A stretch of DNA of 64,000 nucleotides from the NCBI GenBank assembly GCA_963781885.1, contig CAWAHW010000001.1:480001-544000 (forward strand). The letters run 5' to 3'. Shown in pieces: positions 8,581 through 19,598 of this stretch. The translations under genes and the position numbers were made by a program. Under the pieces are notes generated by a model, which did not search any database, had not been told where the DNA came from, and saw only the letters and a list, made by a program, of their open reading frames with translations. This DNA is from an uncultured Spirochaetota bacterium (lineage in GTDB: Bacteria; Spirochaetota; Spirochaetia; SZUA-6; Fen-1364). Within the stretch, counting starts at the first letter, position 1. Each line of letters begins with the position of its first letter.

Positions 8581-9921
8581 ATGCGGCTGGAAACGAAGTT
8601 CGTCTTCCTGATCGTGGGCACGATCGTCGTTCCCCTGGTCACGATATTCCTCATGGTGCTGGTGGCCTTTGCATTCCTTCCCGACCGGACGGGGTTCACG
8701 GCCGCCGTGCGCACCGCGTTTGTCGCCGATTCCCTCCGTCACCGATCCATCTCCCCCGGCGACATCGTGCCGTTCGTGCGCGAGGCATCTCCCGCCCTGG
8801 AGGTGATGGTCTTCGACGATCGCGGCACGCTCATCTCCTCCACCCTCCCCACCGACTCGCTCACGGAGCTTTTGTCCGGCGGCGCCAGCTCGCGGTTCCT
8901 TGCTTTCAACAAGTTCCCCATGCGCGCGCCCGACGGCACGCGCTATGCAATGGCCATCGGCATCCCCATGAAGGATGCGTCGCAGGCGCCGTGGCAACGC
9001 TATATCCCGATGATCGCCCTCCTGTCGCTGCTGGCGTTCATGACGCTGATGTCGGTGGTCATCATCCGGTCCATCAACGTGTCCATCGCGCACCTGGAGG
9101 AGGGCACGCGGCGCATCAGTGAAGGAAACCTCGACTTCGAGCTCACCGCGCGGGGAAATGACCGCATCGCCTCTCTCACGCGCTCGTTTGACGACATGCG
9201 CCGGCGCGTCCAGGAGGAGACCGCCACCCGCTCGCGCTTCATCATGGCGGTGTCCCATGACCTGAAGACCCCGCTCGCGAGCATCACGGGCTACGTCGAC
9301 GCAATAGGCGACGGGATTGCTTCCGACCCGGGGCAGCTGGAGAGATACCTTGCCATCATCCGCGACAAGGCGGGCCTCCTGGGCAGCAGGATCGGCCAGC
9401 TCATCGACTACGTGAAGCTCGATACGGCGGACTGGAGGCGCTCGCGGGAGAGCGTCCTGCTGCTCCCCTTCCTCAACGAGGCGGTGACCGTGTTCCGCAC
9501 CGAGGCGGAGGTGCGGGGATTCGGATTCGACTCCTCGATCGACATCGGCCCGGACACCTTCATATTCATGGATGCCGACCTGGTCTACCGGGCGCTGGAA
9601 AACCTCGTGCAGAACGCCTTTCGCTACGGGGAGGCCTCCTCCACGATTGCGTTCCGCGCCGGTGCAGCCGATGGCCGCATCACCCTCGCCGTCACGAATC
9701 GGGGCACGCCAATCCCCCCCGAGGACCTTCCCTTTATCTTCGAGCCATTCTTCCGCGGCACCCGGGCGCGCCGGGAGGGCGGCTTCGGCCTGGGGCTGTC
9801 TGTCGTGAAGTCCGTCGTGGCGAGCCACGGCTGGAGCATCACGGCGGTGTCTCGTGACGGCAGCACGTCTTTTGCCATCGAGATTCCGCCCGCCGGTGCG
9901 CAGGCATATAACAAGTTGTAA
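8581..9921 (+). CDS. HAMP sensor histidine kinase
   Basis: 2 TM, HAMP, SHDLKTPL, NLVQNAFRY, GFGLGL. Confidence 0.95.
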   Translation: MRLETKFVFLIVGTIVVPLVTIFLMVLVAFAFLPDRTGFTAAVRTAFVADSLRHRSISPGDIVPFVREASPALEVMVFDDRGTLISSTLPTDSLTELLSGGASSRFLAFNKFPMRAPDGTRYAMAIGIPMKDASQAPWQRYIPMIALLSLLAFMTLMSVVIIRSINVSIAHLEEGTRRISEGNLDFELTARGNDRIASLTRSFDDMRRRVQEETATRSRFIMAVSHDLKTPLASITGYVDAIGDGIASDPGQLERYLAIIRDKAGLLGSRIGQLIDYVKLDTADWRRSRESVLLLPFLNEAVTVFRTEAEVRGFGFDSSIDIGPDTFIFMDADLVYRALENLVQNAFRYGEASSTIAFRAGAADGRITLAVTNRGTPIPPEDLPFIFEPFFRGTRARREGGFGLGLSVVKSVVASHGWSITAVSRDGSTSFAIEIPPAGAQAYNKL

Positions 9922-9993
9922 GAATTTTTCATTCCGTGAAAATTGTCTTTCTCTCCCCCTTTCGTATCTTGGTACGGGAGAACGGGAGAACAC

Positions 9994-10749
9994 ATGACAA
10001 TCATCGAGCTGAAGGACGCGCGCAAGGTGTACCTGCTGGGCAAGGTGCAGGTGGAGGCGGTCAAGAGCGTGAGCTTCGCGATCGAGAAGGGGGATTTCGT
10101 CTCGATTGCCGGGCCGTCGGGATCGGGCAAGTCGACGATCCTGAACCTCATCGGCCTCATCGACACACCGACCGCCGGAAGCGTGGAGATCGAGGGGAAG
10201 CCCACGGCGGGCTACTCGGACACGGAGCTCACCCGGCTGCGGCATGACGCGATAGGGTTCATTTTTCAGAGCTTCAATCTCATACCCGTTCTGGACGTGT
10301 ACGAGAACATCGAGTTTCCCCTCCTCCTGGGCAGCGTGAAGGGCCCGAAAAAGGAGAGGCGCGAATGGGTGGAGTCGCTCATCGCCGAGGTGGGGCTCGA
10401 GCAGTGGCGCCGGCACAAGCCGAACGAGCTCTCCGGCGGACAGCGGCAGCGTGTTGCCATTGCCCGCGCCCTGGTGACCCGTCCGGCCATCGTGCTTGCC
10501 GACGAGCCCACCGCGAACCTCGATTCGAAAATCGGCGAGCAGATCATCTCCCTCATGAAGAAGATCAACCGCGACCTCTCCACGACGTTCATATTCTCCA
10601 CGCACGATGCGAATATCGTCGGCATCGCCGACCACGTCATCCGCCTGCATGACGGAGAGGTGGTGGAGAACACGCGCAACGTCGTGGCGGCAACGGGTCG
10701 CGGAGACGGGGCGGGCATTGGCTCCCTCTCTCCCATCGGGCAGGTCTAG
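9994..10749 (+). CDS. ABC ATP-binding protein (LolD/MacB-type)
   Basis: GPSGSGKST, LSGGQRQR, LADEPTANLD. Confidence 0.95.
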   Translation: MTIIELKDARKVYLLGKVQVEAVKSVSFAIEKGDFVSIAGPSGSGKSTILNLIGLIDTPTAGSVEIEGKPTAGYSDTELTRLRHDAIGFIFQSFNLIPVLDVYENIEFPLLLGSVKGPKKERREWVESLIAEVGLEQWRRHKPNELSGGQRQRVAIARALVTRPAIVLADEPTANLDSKIGEQIISLMKKINRDLSTTFIFSTHDANIVGIADHVIRLHDGEVVENTRNVVAATGRGDGAGIGSLSPIGQV

Positions 10750-10752
10750 CGC

Positions 10753-12207
10753 ATGGGCGTCCTGATCAGGATCGCGCTGCGCAACCTGCGCGAGCACACC
10801 TCAAAGAGTCTCATCATCGGCACGCTCATCGTGCTGGGCGTCATCATCATCGTCGTGGGCAACAGCGTGCTGGACACCGCCGAGCAGGGCGTCCACCGCA
10901 TGTTCATCGACAACTACACCGGCGACGTGTTCATCTCAGGCATCCCCGTGACGCGCGGGGCGTCGGTGAGCCTGTTCGGGCTCCAGGCGGCAGGGGACTC
11001 GGAGAGCACGCCGGTGCTGCCGGAAATTGACGCGCTGCGGGCTCACCTTGCGGCGGACACGCGCGTGCAGGGTATCACGAGCCAGGTCACCGGCATGGGC
11101 CTCGTGGGCGTGGACGGCAACGACAACCACGCCATCGCGATCCTTTTCGGCGTGGACCCCGCGACTTATCCGCAGCTCTTCAAGGATACCCATCTCGTGG
11201 AGGGAAGCTACCTGAAGCCCGGCCAGGAAGGCCTGGTGGTGTCCCGCGGATGGCTTGCGAGCGCGGACAAATCGCTGAAGACGACCCTCACGGTCGGGGA
11301 CAAGGTGATTGTGAACGGGTTCGGCCGCGCGGGGTTCAAGATCCGCGAGGCGACCATCGTCGGCGTCGTGGATTTCAGCGCGGAGTCCGAGGGCATGAGC
11401 ATGATCGCGTGGGCCAACGCCGACATGGTGCGTATCCTGAGCGGCGTCGACGTCACCGCGGATGACGTGACCCTCACCAAGGACCAGACGGCGCTCCTGA
11501 ACGCGGGAAATGAGAACGACATATTCGGCTCCGCGGAGACGACGCTCACCGCCGCGCAGGCACGCGCGCCCGTCATTGCCACCGCCGCTGCGAAAGCCCC
11601 GGCAACCGCCGCGACGGGGGAAGGCTCCTGGCACTTCATCCTCGTACGGCTGAAGGATTCCGGTCAGGCCACGCGCTTCATCAACGATACCAATGCGTGG
11701 CTTTCAAGCCAGGGCATCGCGGCAAAGGCAGCGGGATGGAAAGCCGCCGCCGGCCCCCTGGCCCAGAGCATCGACGTGATCCGCATCGTGTTTTCCATCG
11801 CCATCCTCATCGTCGCCATCGTCGCCATCATCATCATCATGAACACGCTCGTGATATCGGTCATCGAGCGCACGGGGGAAATCGGCACGATGCGGGCGCT
11901 GGGCGCGCAGAAACCCTTTGTCTGGCTCATGTTCCTCGTGGAGACGCTCACCGTGACGATTGCGTTCGGCATCGTCGGCATCGTCCTGGCCTCGGGCATC
12001 ATCGGGGTGGTGAACCTCGCGCACGTCTCCACCACGGACTTCTTCACGCAGCTCGTATTCGGCGGCAAGGTGCTCCGGTTGGGAATACGCCCCATCTCTT
12101 TCCTGAGCACGCTCCTCATGGTGGCGGCCGTCGGGCTCGTGTCCCACCTCTATCCGGTCATCGTCGCGCTGAAGGTCCCGCCGGTGCGGGCGATGCAGGG
12201 CGAGTAG
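10753..12207 (+). CDS. ABC permease, FtsX/LolE-like
   Basis: ERTGEIGTMRALG; N-terminal TM, periplasmic domain, 3 C-terminal TM. Confidence 0.9.
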   Translation: MGVLIRIALRNLREHTSKSLIIGTLIVLGVIIIVVGNSVLDTAEQGVHRMFIDNYTGDVFISGIPVTRGASVSLFGLQAAGDSESTPVLPEIDALRAHLAADTRVQGITSQVTGMGLVGVDGNDNHAIAILFGVDPATYPQLFKDTHLVEGSYLKPGQEGLVVSRGWLASADKSLKTTLTVGDKVIVNGFGRAGFKIREATIVGVVDFSAESEGMSMIAWANADMVRILSGVDVTADDVTLTKDQTALLNAGNENDIFGSAETTLTAAQARAPVIATAAAKAPATAATGEGSWHFILVRLKDSGQATRFINDTNAWLSSQGIAAKAAGWKAAAGPLAQSIDVIRIVFSIAILIVAIVAIIIIMNTLVISVIERTGEIGTMRALGAQKPFVWLMFLVETLTVTIAFGIVGIVLASGIIGVVNLAHVSTTDFFTQLVFGGKVLRLGIRPISFLSTLLMVAAVGLVSHLYPVIVALKVPPVRAMQGE

Positions 12208-12216
12208 GGAGAACGC

Positions 12217-13542
12217 ATGGCGCTTTCAACAATCGCATTCAAGAACTTAAACCGGCAGAAGAAGAGGACGTTCCTCCTGGGCGGGGCAATCGCATTCGGC
12301 GTGCTGATCGTGACGCTCATCGACGGCTTCTCCGGGGCGTTCAAGCAGAACGTGAGCGAGAACTTCGCCGACATCGCCGCCGGTCACATCTTCGTGGAGG
12401 GAAGCGAGAAGAGCGAGTCAGGACGGGTCGTGACGGTGATCCGCGACGACTCGGTCCTCACGAACGTGCTGCAGCAGACCGGCATCCCCGCGCAGTACCT
12501 GTCGAAGCGCTCCATCGCGCAGGGCACGCTGATATTCGAGAGCAAGAAGACACAGCTCAACATCCAGGGCGTGGATTTCGCCAACGAGCGCTATCTCACG
12601 GAGCGCCTCGTGCTCTCCCACGGCTCCTTTGCCGCGATGAGCAACAGGCACGGCCTCATCCTGAGCGAGCAGACGGCGACGAAGCTCAATGCGCAGATCG
12701 GGGACAGCCTCCTGTTCCAGCTCACCACCGTGACGGGGCAGCAGAATGTCGGCGACATGGTGCTCGTGGCCACGACGCCGGACACCGGGCTCCTGTCGGG
12801 CTTCTCCGCGTACGCGAATCTCTCCTATCTCAACGAGCTTCTGAATCTCGGCGACGGCGAGTACCAGACGCTGGGCATCTACCTGCCGTCGCTCGCGGGC
12901 ATGGACAGCTACGCCACGACGTATTACGAGGCGCTGCGCAAGCAGGCCAACGTGAAGGAGCGCGCGAAAACGGCGGACACGCAGGGGACGGGCTTCGGGC
13001 CGATGGCGGCCTTCATGGGCGGCGGCACGACGGAGGACAGCTGGACGGGGGTCCGTTACCGGGTCTTCACCCTCGATGACCTTCTCTCCTCCGTCCAGCA
13101 AATCGTGAACGTGCTCAATTCCGTCTCCATCGGCATCCTCATTGTGCTCTTCGTCATCATCATGGTGGGCATCCTCAATACGTTCCGCATGACCATGTAC
13201 GAAAGGATCCGGGAGATCGGGACGATGCGGGCGCTGGGCATGCTCCGATCCGGTGTGAGGAACCTCTTCCTGCTGGAGGCGCTTTTCCTCGCCCTGGCAG
13301 GTGTCGTGGTGGGCTTCGCGGCGGCCGGCGTGGTCATGGGCGTGCTGTCCCTCTTCAACCTGGGGACCAGCTCGCCGCTTTTCATCCTGCTGCGGGCGGG
13401 GCACTTGAGCTTCCACGTGCCCCTTGCGCAGGCGGTCGTGAACATCCTCATCATCGCCGCGCTCACACTCGTGGCCGCCTATTTCCCCGCACGGGCCGCG
13501 GCGCGGCTTTCGCCGGCGCTTGCCCTGCGGACAACCAAGTAA
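12217..13542 (+). CDS. ABC permease, FtsX/LolE-like
   Basis: ERIREIGTMRALG; same architecture as the previous gene. Confidence 0.9.
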   Translation: MALSTIAFKNLNRQKKRTFLLGGAIAFGVLIVTLIDGFSGAFKQNVSENFADIAAGHIFVEGSEKSESGRVVTVIRDDSVLTNVLQQTGIPAQYLSKRSIAQGTLIFESKKTQLNIQGVDFANERYLTERLVLSHGSFAAMSNRHGLILSEQTATKLNAQIGDSLLFQLTTVTGQQNVGDMVLVATTPDTGLLSGFSAYANLSYLNELLNLGDGEYQTLGIYLPSLAGMDSYATTYYEALRKQANVKERAKTADTQGTGFGPMAAFMGGGTTEDSWTGVRYRVFTLDDLLSSVQQIVNVLNSVSIGILIVLFVIIMVGILNTFRMTMYERIREIGTMRALGMLRSGVRNLFLLEALFLALAGVVVGFAAAGVVMGVLSLFNLGTSSPLFILLRAGHLSFHVPLAQAVVNILIIAALTLVAAYFPARAAARLSPALALRTTK

Positions 13543-13560
13543 AGCGATCGGGAGGTCGTC

Positions 13561-14325
13561 ATGCGCTTTTCAAGAAAAGGAATCCTCATTCTTCTCGCGC
13601 TCGCGCTGATCGGGGCGGCGGGCGCCGCCGCCGAGACGCCGGATTTCGCGTCCATGCTCAAGGCCATCGACGCGAATGGCGACTTCGGCACGCAGGATTA
13701 CTCGGCCGTGTTCACCATCGTCACGCAGAAGCCGACGGAGAAGGATTCCGTGATGCAGGTGAAGTTGTTCCGCCGCGACGATCACGACCAGATGGTGTGG
13801 ATCATGCAGAAGCCCGACGCGCAGAAGGGGCAGGGCTTCCTGAAGGTCGATGAGAACGTCTGGATGTACGACCCCGAGTCCGGGAAGTTCAGCCACAGTA
13901 CGATGAAGGAAACCATCCAGAACTCGAAGGCCAAGAGCTCCGACCTCAAGAAGACCACGTTCGGGGACGACTACACCGTCGCCTCGTGGGAGGAGGGGAT
14001 GCTGGGCAAGTACCCCGTCTACGTCCTCACCTTGAAGGCGAAGAACGACGAGGTGAGCTACCCGACGCTGAAGCTCTCCGTCCGCAAGGACAAGCCCCTT
14101 GCGCTCAAGGAGGAGGACTACAGCCTCTCCGACCGGCTCATGCGCACCGTGCTCTTCCCTCCCCGGTACATCGACGTGGCGGGCAAGACCGTGTGCTCGC
14201 AGATGCTCATCGAGGACGACCTGAACCCGGGCGAAAAGAGCCAGCTCACCATTGCCGACGTGTCGGTGGCGAAGCTGCCCGACGCGACATTCTCCAAGGC
14301 TTTCCTGGGACAATCGGCGCGGTAG
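13561..14325 (+). CDS. Outer membrane lipoprotein-sorting (LolA-like) protein
   Basis: Signal peptide; KGQGFLKVDENVWMYDP, LPDATFSKAFL. Confidence 0.85.
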   Translation: MRFSRKGILILLALALIGAAGAAAETPDFASMLKAIDANGDFGTQDYSAVFTIVTQKPTEKDSVMQVKLFRRDDHDQMVWIMQKPDAQKGQGFLKVDENVWMYDPESGKFSHSTMKETIQNSKAKSSDLKKTTFGDDYTVASWEEGMLGKYPVYVLTLKAKNDEVSYPTLKLSVRKDKPLALKEEDYSLSDRLMRTVLFPPRYIDVAGKTVCSQMLIEDDLNPGEKSQLTIADVSVAKLPDATFSKAFLGQSAR

Positions 14326-14343
14326 CCGCACACGGAGGAAACG

Positions 14344-15867
14344 ATGAATGCAAAAACCGGTTTCATCACGGCGCTGGCACTCGGCACCCTGCTCGCCCTT
14401 CCCCTTGGAGCGCAGGACGCCACCGCGTCGTCGGGCGACGACGTGTTCAACAACGATGAGAGTGTGACGACCACGAATGACCAGACGCAGAATGCCACCC
14501 CCCGCGACGACCTTCTGAAAGAGGCGGCTCCCCGGCTCACCGGCACGTTCACCGGGAGCGTGGGTGCTTCGTGGAACTGGAGCGACATCTACAACGCGCC
14601 CTTCGATCTCCTGTCGCCGACCAGCAGCAGCCTCAACCAGCAGGGGACGGAGCTTGCCGTCGGCTTCGTGGCGCGTCCCGACACCGACATCAGCTTCACG
14701 AGCGAGATACGCACCAATTATCCGTTCGTCCAGCAGATCACGACCGGCACGGGCTCCACGGCATCGACCACCGTCGTCCCCGATTTCACCGTCTGGTCGC
14801 TGTATGCGAAGTTCACCTGGAACGATTCGCTCTTCTTCACCTTCGGCAAGCAGCCGCTGAAATGGGGAACGGGCTACTTCTTCAGCCCGGCGGACGACGT
14901 GTTCGCGCAGAGCGCGGTGGACGTCTCCAATCCCACCGCCCCGCGCGAGGGACCCCTTGCCTTCAAGGTCCAGTACCCGATCCCGACGACGGAGGACAAT
15001 CTTTACTTTATCGCGGCCTTTCCCGCGTCCAACAGCGCCACGACGCTCGCCTCATACCTGCCCCAGGACATCGCCGTGGCCGCCAAGGCGGAGTTTCTCT
15101 TCGGCAACACGGAGCTTGCCGCTGCCGGCTACTACCAGCGGCAGCAGCGGCCCCGGGCAATCCTCATGGGAACGACCGGCAACGGCAACTTCAACTTCTT
15201 TGCGGAGGGACTGGTCGCTTTTCCCGGCACGCAGAGCGAGGCGTATGTGGAGACGGCTGCAAGCCCCCTTACCTGGGCCACGGGCACCTCCGCTTACACG
15301 GTCGTCGACAACAGCGGTACGACATACCTGAAGGCGACCGCCGGCATCATGTACACGAACCAGGACTGGAACTTCACCTTCGTGGGCCAGTATCTCTACA
15401 ACGGCCAGGGCTACGGCACGCTCAGCGTGCAGGACATCCTCCAGGCGGTGATGGACAGGGCGCGCGGGCAGCCCGCGGGCGAGCCGAGTCTGAACGCCGC
15501 AAGCCTTGCCGACACATTCGGCGGACTGGGCCAGATCGGCGTGCACTATGGCGTCGTCTACCTGAGCTGGACCTCGATCGCCAACAGCAAGGCCGATCTC
15601 TCCGTGCTGGGAATCATGAACTTTTCCGACGGATCGGGGTACGTGAGCCCGACGGTCGCCTTCACCATGTTCACATACGTCAAGCTCTCCCTTGGCGCAA
15701 GTCTTTCGTGGGGCGCGGCAGGGACCGAGTTCGCCGACCCGACCGGATTCGCAAGCAGCTTCCCGACGATCAACGGTCAGCCGAACCCGAGCTACAACCC
15801 CGACTATGTCGCCAAACCGACGCTCGCACTGCTCCTGAATGCGAGCGTCGGCACGGGATCGTTCTGA
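14344..15867 (+). CDS. Putative outer membrane beta-barrel protein
   Basis: Signal peptide, amphipathic strands, GKQPLKWGTGYFFSPAD, C-terminal Phe. Confidence 0.75.
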   Translation: MNAKTGFITALALGTLLALPLGAQDATASSGDDVFNNDESVTTTNDQTQNATPRDDLLKEAAPRLTGTFTGSVGASWNWSDIYNAPFDLLSPTSSSLNQQGTELAVGFVARPDTDISFTSEIRTNYPFVQQITTGTGSTASTTVVPDFTVWSLYAKFTWNDSLFFTFGKQPLKWGTGYFFSPADDVFAQSAVDVSNPTAPREGPLAFKVQYPIPTTEDNLYFIAAFPASNSATTLASYLPQDIAVAAKAEFLFGNTELAAAGYYQRQQRPRAILMGTTGNGNFNFFAEGLVAFPGTQSEAYVETAASPLTWATGTSAYTVVDNSGTTYLKATAGIMYTNQDWNFTFVGQYLYNGQGYGTLSVQDILQAVMDRARGQPAGEPSLNAASLADTFGGLGQIGVHYGVVYLSWTSIANSKADLSVLGIMNFSDGSGYVSPTVAFTMFTYVKLSLGASLSWGAAGTEFADPTGFASSFPTINGQPNPSYNPDYVAKPTLALLLNASVGTGSF

Positions 15868-16057
15868 GGCCGTGTGAGACGGCCGCCGCGCGGCGCGGGC
15901 AGAGGCGCCGGCCCCGCCCCGCCGCACGACCTCATGCGCGGCGCCGCGATTTGCTTCATGAACTAAAGTGCTCCATATTATTAGGTGTGAGGACAGCCGG
16001 TGGGAATTTGAGCGTGCGCCGATGCCGTATCCGTCCAGATGAGAGAAGGAGAGCGTC

Positions 16058-16453
16058 ATGACCGCGAGGGTTGAATACGTTCCCGGGGTCTGCAACATAG
16101 GGCCGGCCGAGATCAGGCGGCGACGCCAGAGCGGATGGTTCGGGCTGGCCGTGACGGTCCTGGCATGGGCGGCTTTTTTCATCTTTCGTGTTCCCGCGCC
16201 GTGGAGACTGCTGCTTTTTCTTCCGGCCATGGCAGGGGCAACGGGATTCTTTCAGGCAGCCCTGCATTTCTGCGCCGGCTTTGCGATGCGGGGGGTCTTC
16301 AATTTCGGCTCCGAGGTCGGGAAGACCGACACAGTTGAGCAGGCTGAGTTCCGGGAGAAGGACCGGCAAAAGGCGCGCTTGATCGGGCTCTATTCTGCCC
16401 TTGTCGGAATCGCGGTTGCGGTCGCGGGGTATTTCCTGGTTTTCCCCGGCTAG
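16058..16453 (+). CDS. Small membrane protein (hypothetical)
   Basis: RBS AAGGAG; YVPGVCNIGPAEIRRRR followed by TM helices. Confidence 0.8.
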   Translation: MTARVEYVPGVCNIGPAEIRRRRQSGWFGLAVTVLAWAAFFIFRVPAPWRLLLFLPAMAGATGFFQAALHFCAGFAMRGVFNFGSEVGKTDTVEQAEFREKDRQKARLIGLYSALVGIAVAVAGYFLVFPG

Positions 16454-16524
16454 GCTTTCACCCGCGCCCGAAATGCCGTGCGGCACGGGCGGTCCTGAGC
16501 GCACCAGGAGCCCTGCTCCTGGGT

Positions 16525-17049
16525 CTACGGGCCGAACACCTTCAGAAAGACCTTTTCGCCGGGCGCCACGACCATCTTCATCCAGAGTCTCGTTGCCGCC
16601 GGAAAGCCCTTCGAGGCGGCGAGCTCACGGAAACCCGTCCTGACGAAGTCCCGCGACCGCAGAAGCCCGATCGATGGGATGTTGTCCGTCCGCGCGCAGG
16701 CGAACGCCTCCGTTGCCCCTGACGTCAGAAGCTGCCGAAGGGCGTCATCGAGAAGAAGCCCTCCGACGCCCCCTGCCCGAAGAGCGGGGATGACCGCGAG
16801 ATAGTAGATGTACCCGGAGCGTGCGCCCAGCATCGTGAACATCGCCACGCCCGCCTTCGCGTCGCCCCGGACCGCTTCCGTCACCCATCGGATCGAAGCG
16901 AGCGTCTTTTTGGCATGCCAGCGGTACAGGCCCGTGAAGCTTTGGTCGAGGATCGGTCTCAGGCTGCCGCGTGATTCATTTGGCACCCCGCGGATGCGCA
17001 GGGCAGAATCGGCTCCCCGCTCCCCGGCGCCCGGGGAACTGGCGTTCAT
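16525..17049 (-). CDS. GNAT family N-acetyltransferase
   Basis: YLAVIPALRAGGVGGLLL; DNIPSIGL. Confidence 0.8.
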   Translation of the reverse strand: MNASSPGAGERGADSALRIRGVPNESRGSLRPILDQSFTGLYRWHAKKTLASIRWVTEAVRGDAKAGVAMFTMLGARSGYIYYLAVIPALRAGGVGGLLLDDALRQLLTSGATEAFACARTDNIPSIGLLRSRDFVRTGFRELAASKGFPAATRLWMKMVVAPGEKVFLKVFGP

Positions 17050-17885
17050 TTCGTCAGGCTTTCACAGATGCTCCAGAGACGCTCTTCGCTCTCCCTGTTT
17101 CTGAATAAACAGGGGATCTCCTTCCTGTTCTCGAAGAGCCGACCGGACACCCCTTCGACCTCCGGGCTGCTTGCAAGCCAGACGGCGGTATCGGCGCCAT
17201 CAGAAGGGGTCCGACCGCCCCCACGCTCGCGCAACCTCGCCATTGCCTCGGGCGGCATGTTGCGGTAGAGCCCGGTATCGACGATCAGCCCGGGCGCCAT
17301 GGCGTTCGCCGTCACGCCGCTGCCCTCGAGCCTCCGCGCCAGCGCCCACGTGAGCAGCCTGTCGCACGCCTTCGATTGGGCGTACGCCTTCATGCCGTCG
17401 AAGGGACGGCGCTGGAATTGCAGGTCGTCAAGGTCAAGGTCGCTTGCAAAGGTGGAGGCGACATTGACGATGCGGGCGGTCCTGTTTTCGCGAAGGCGGG
17501 GCAGCAGGAGGGTGCTCGTCAGGAAGTAACCGAGAACGTTCGTCGCGAACGTCAGCTCGATTCCCTCGTCGTTCTTCGCCAAGGGCTGTGGCCCGCGGCT
17601 GGTTCCGGCATTGTTGACGAGCACGTCCAGACGCGCATGCCGCGCAAAGACCTGGCGGGCGAACTCTTGGATCGACCTTCGGCTCGAAAGATCCACCTGA
17701 ATCACGTCGATCGATCGGGCAGACGGGGAAGGGGCGAGCGCGCGCTCAAGGTTCCTGCCCGCGGCGGCATCGCGGCAGCCGAGCACAAGGTCCGCGCCGA
17801 GTCCCGCAAGCTTGATCGCGATTTCTTTTCCGATGCCGGAGGTGGGGCCGGTGATCACGACCGTCCTGCCTTGGAGGATTGTCAT
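17046..17885 (-). CDS. SDR oxidoreductase (retinol dehydrogenase-like)
   Basis: TGPTSGIG, VNNAG, YAQSK. Confidence 0.92.
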   Translation of the reverse strand: MTILQGRTVVITGPTSGIGKEIAIKLAGLGADLVLGCRDAAAGRNLERALAPSPSARSIDVIQVDLSSRRSIQEFARQVFARHARLDVLVNNAGTSRGPQPLAKNDEGIELTFATNVLGYFLTSTLLLPRLRENRTARIVNVASTFASDLDLDDLQFQRRPFDGMKAYAQSKACDRLLTWALARRLEGSGVTANAMAPGLIVDTGLYRNMPPEAMARLRERGGGRTPSDGADTAVWLASSPEVEGVSGRLFENRKEIPCLFRNRESEERLWSICESLTK

Positions 17886-17960
17886 GCTTCCATTAATGCC
17901 CGCAAGGGCGCGAAGATTCAAGGTCTCTCGATGCCTGCGGCCAAAGGAAGCCGCGCCCGC

Positions 17961-18263
17961 CTAGACGAAACCGAAAGACCCCACTTCCGTGAGAGGCTGC
18001 GGGTCCGGCAGCTCGTCGCAGCGATCCTTCAGGTCCTTCTGGAATGCCTTGAAGGCCGGGGACTGCGTCAGGACCGCCTCTTTTTCCTTCGAAGGGAATG
18101 AGGCGATGTGGACGAATGTGCGGCCGTCATTCAGCTTGAATGTCGCATAGTGGACGTCGAGGTCGTTTATCTGGCGCAGGCCGTTGTAGACCGCACGGAC
18201 GAGCGATTCGTTTTCGGCCACCTTGTCGGCCTTGACCTTGTAACGGACGAGCAATCTCAGCAT
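17961..18263 (-). CDS. Small ABM-like (dimeric alpha-beta barrel) hypothetical protein
   Basis: VRYKVKADKVAENESLV...GRTFVHI...SPAFKAFQ. Confidence 0.7.
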   Translation of the reverse strand: MLRLLVRYKVKADKVAENESLVRAVYNGLRQINDLDVHYATFKLNDGRTFVHIASFPSKEKEAVLTQSPAFKAFQKDLKDRCDELPDPQPLTEVGSFGFV

Positions 18264-18453
18264 GTCTGCCCTTTCCCTGTCAGTGCAGGAGCCCGAAGAT
18301 GAGACCGGAGAGCCTGGCGGCGTGCGCGCTCATCGCCGGTGAACGCCATAAAAGGGACAACCCGCTGCATGAAGCGCGCCTCCTTCCCGGTACCAAGTAT
18401 AGAGACGCAGATGCAAATCGGGAAGAAGGGGCAAAAACGGCGTGTAAACGGCG

Positions 18454-19598
18454 CTACGTGTCCAGACAGGCGTAGACGGCACGACAGAGCGAGGAGGCGC
18501 GCGCATCGAGGCCGAAGATCATGCGGTTCATGACGTAGCCGAACGCCAGTCGCCAGGAGGGATCGGCGAACCCCAGGGAGCCGCCCATGCCGGGATGACC
18601 GAACGCCGTTGCCGGTCGGGATCCCCGCGGCCGGGATCGGCGAGCATGAAGCCGAGCGAACGCCTTGCGAAACCTGCCACGACGTCCTTTCCCCTGAAAC
18701 ATTCCGCGCTGGCGCGCGTCACATTTGCTTCCGAGAGAAGGCGCACGCCCGGCACCGCCCCGCCGAGGGCGAGCGGGGTGTACAGCCGCGCGAGACCCCG
18801 GGCGCTTGCGTGACCGTTGGAGGAGGGTATCTGCGCTTCCCGCCAGCGCCGCGAGCTTGCCGCCCGCGCGGGGCGCGGGGGGTTCGTGAAGGCGAGCCTT
18901 CGTGCCCTGCCGCCCATTGCCAGGCCGAGGCGAAAGGCGGCGACACCGAAGGGTGAAGGCGGGATGATGTCCGCGGCGCGGGCGATCTCCTCCGGCGTCA
19001 GGCCGACGAAAATGTCCGCCTTCAAAGGACCAGCAATGTGCACGCGGAGGAATTCCCCGACCGACATGCCGGTGATCCTCCGAAGCACCTCGCCGTTCAG
19101 CCATCCGAAGCTGCCGGCGTGGTAGCCGCATTTCGTGCCCGGCTCCCACAACAGGGTGGAGTGCGCAAGGTTGTGCACCATGGCGTCCCAGTCGTAGATC
19201 GCATCATCCGGCACCTGCATCGTACAGCCTGGAAGGCCCGCCGTGTGGGCAAGGAGGTGGCGCACGAGGACGCCTTCCTTTCCTTCGGCCGCGAACTCCG
19301 GCCAATAGCGTGCAACCGGCGCGTCCAGGTCGAGCAGGCCGCGGTCCACCAGCATGTGCATCGCCAGGGCGAGCCATCCCTTTGTCGTCGACCATACGTT
19401 CGCCAGCGTGTCCGGTTGCCAGGGCCGTGTTGAGGCGGCATCCGCCGCGCCGCCCCAGAGATCGACCACAGACTCCCCGTCCATGGTCACGTGGAGGGCG
19501 GCGCCCACCTCGCGGCGCTTTTCAAGGTTGGATTCGAAGACCGCGCGAACGCGCGCGAAGCGCGGCGCGACCGTCCCTGAGATTGGGAACCGGCTCAT
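18454..19598 (-). CDS. Serine hydrolase (beta-lactamase/esterase family), frameshift near 18610
   Basis: STTK (SxxK), LLAHTAGL, GYH; continues AFGHPGMGGSLGFADP in a second frame. Confidence 0.88.
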
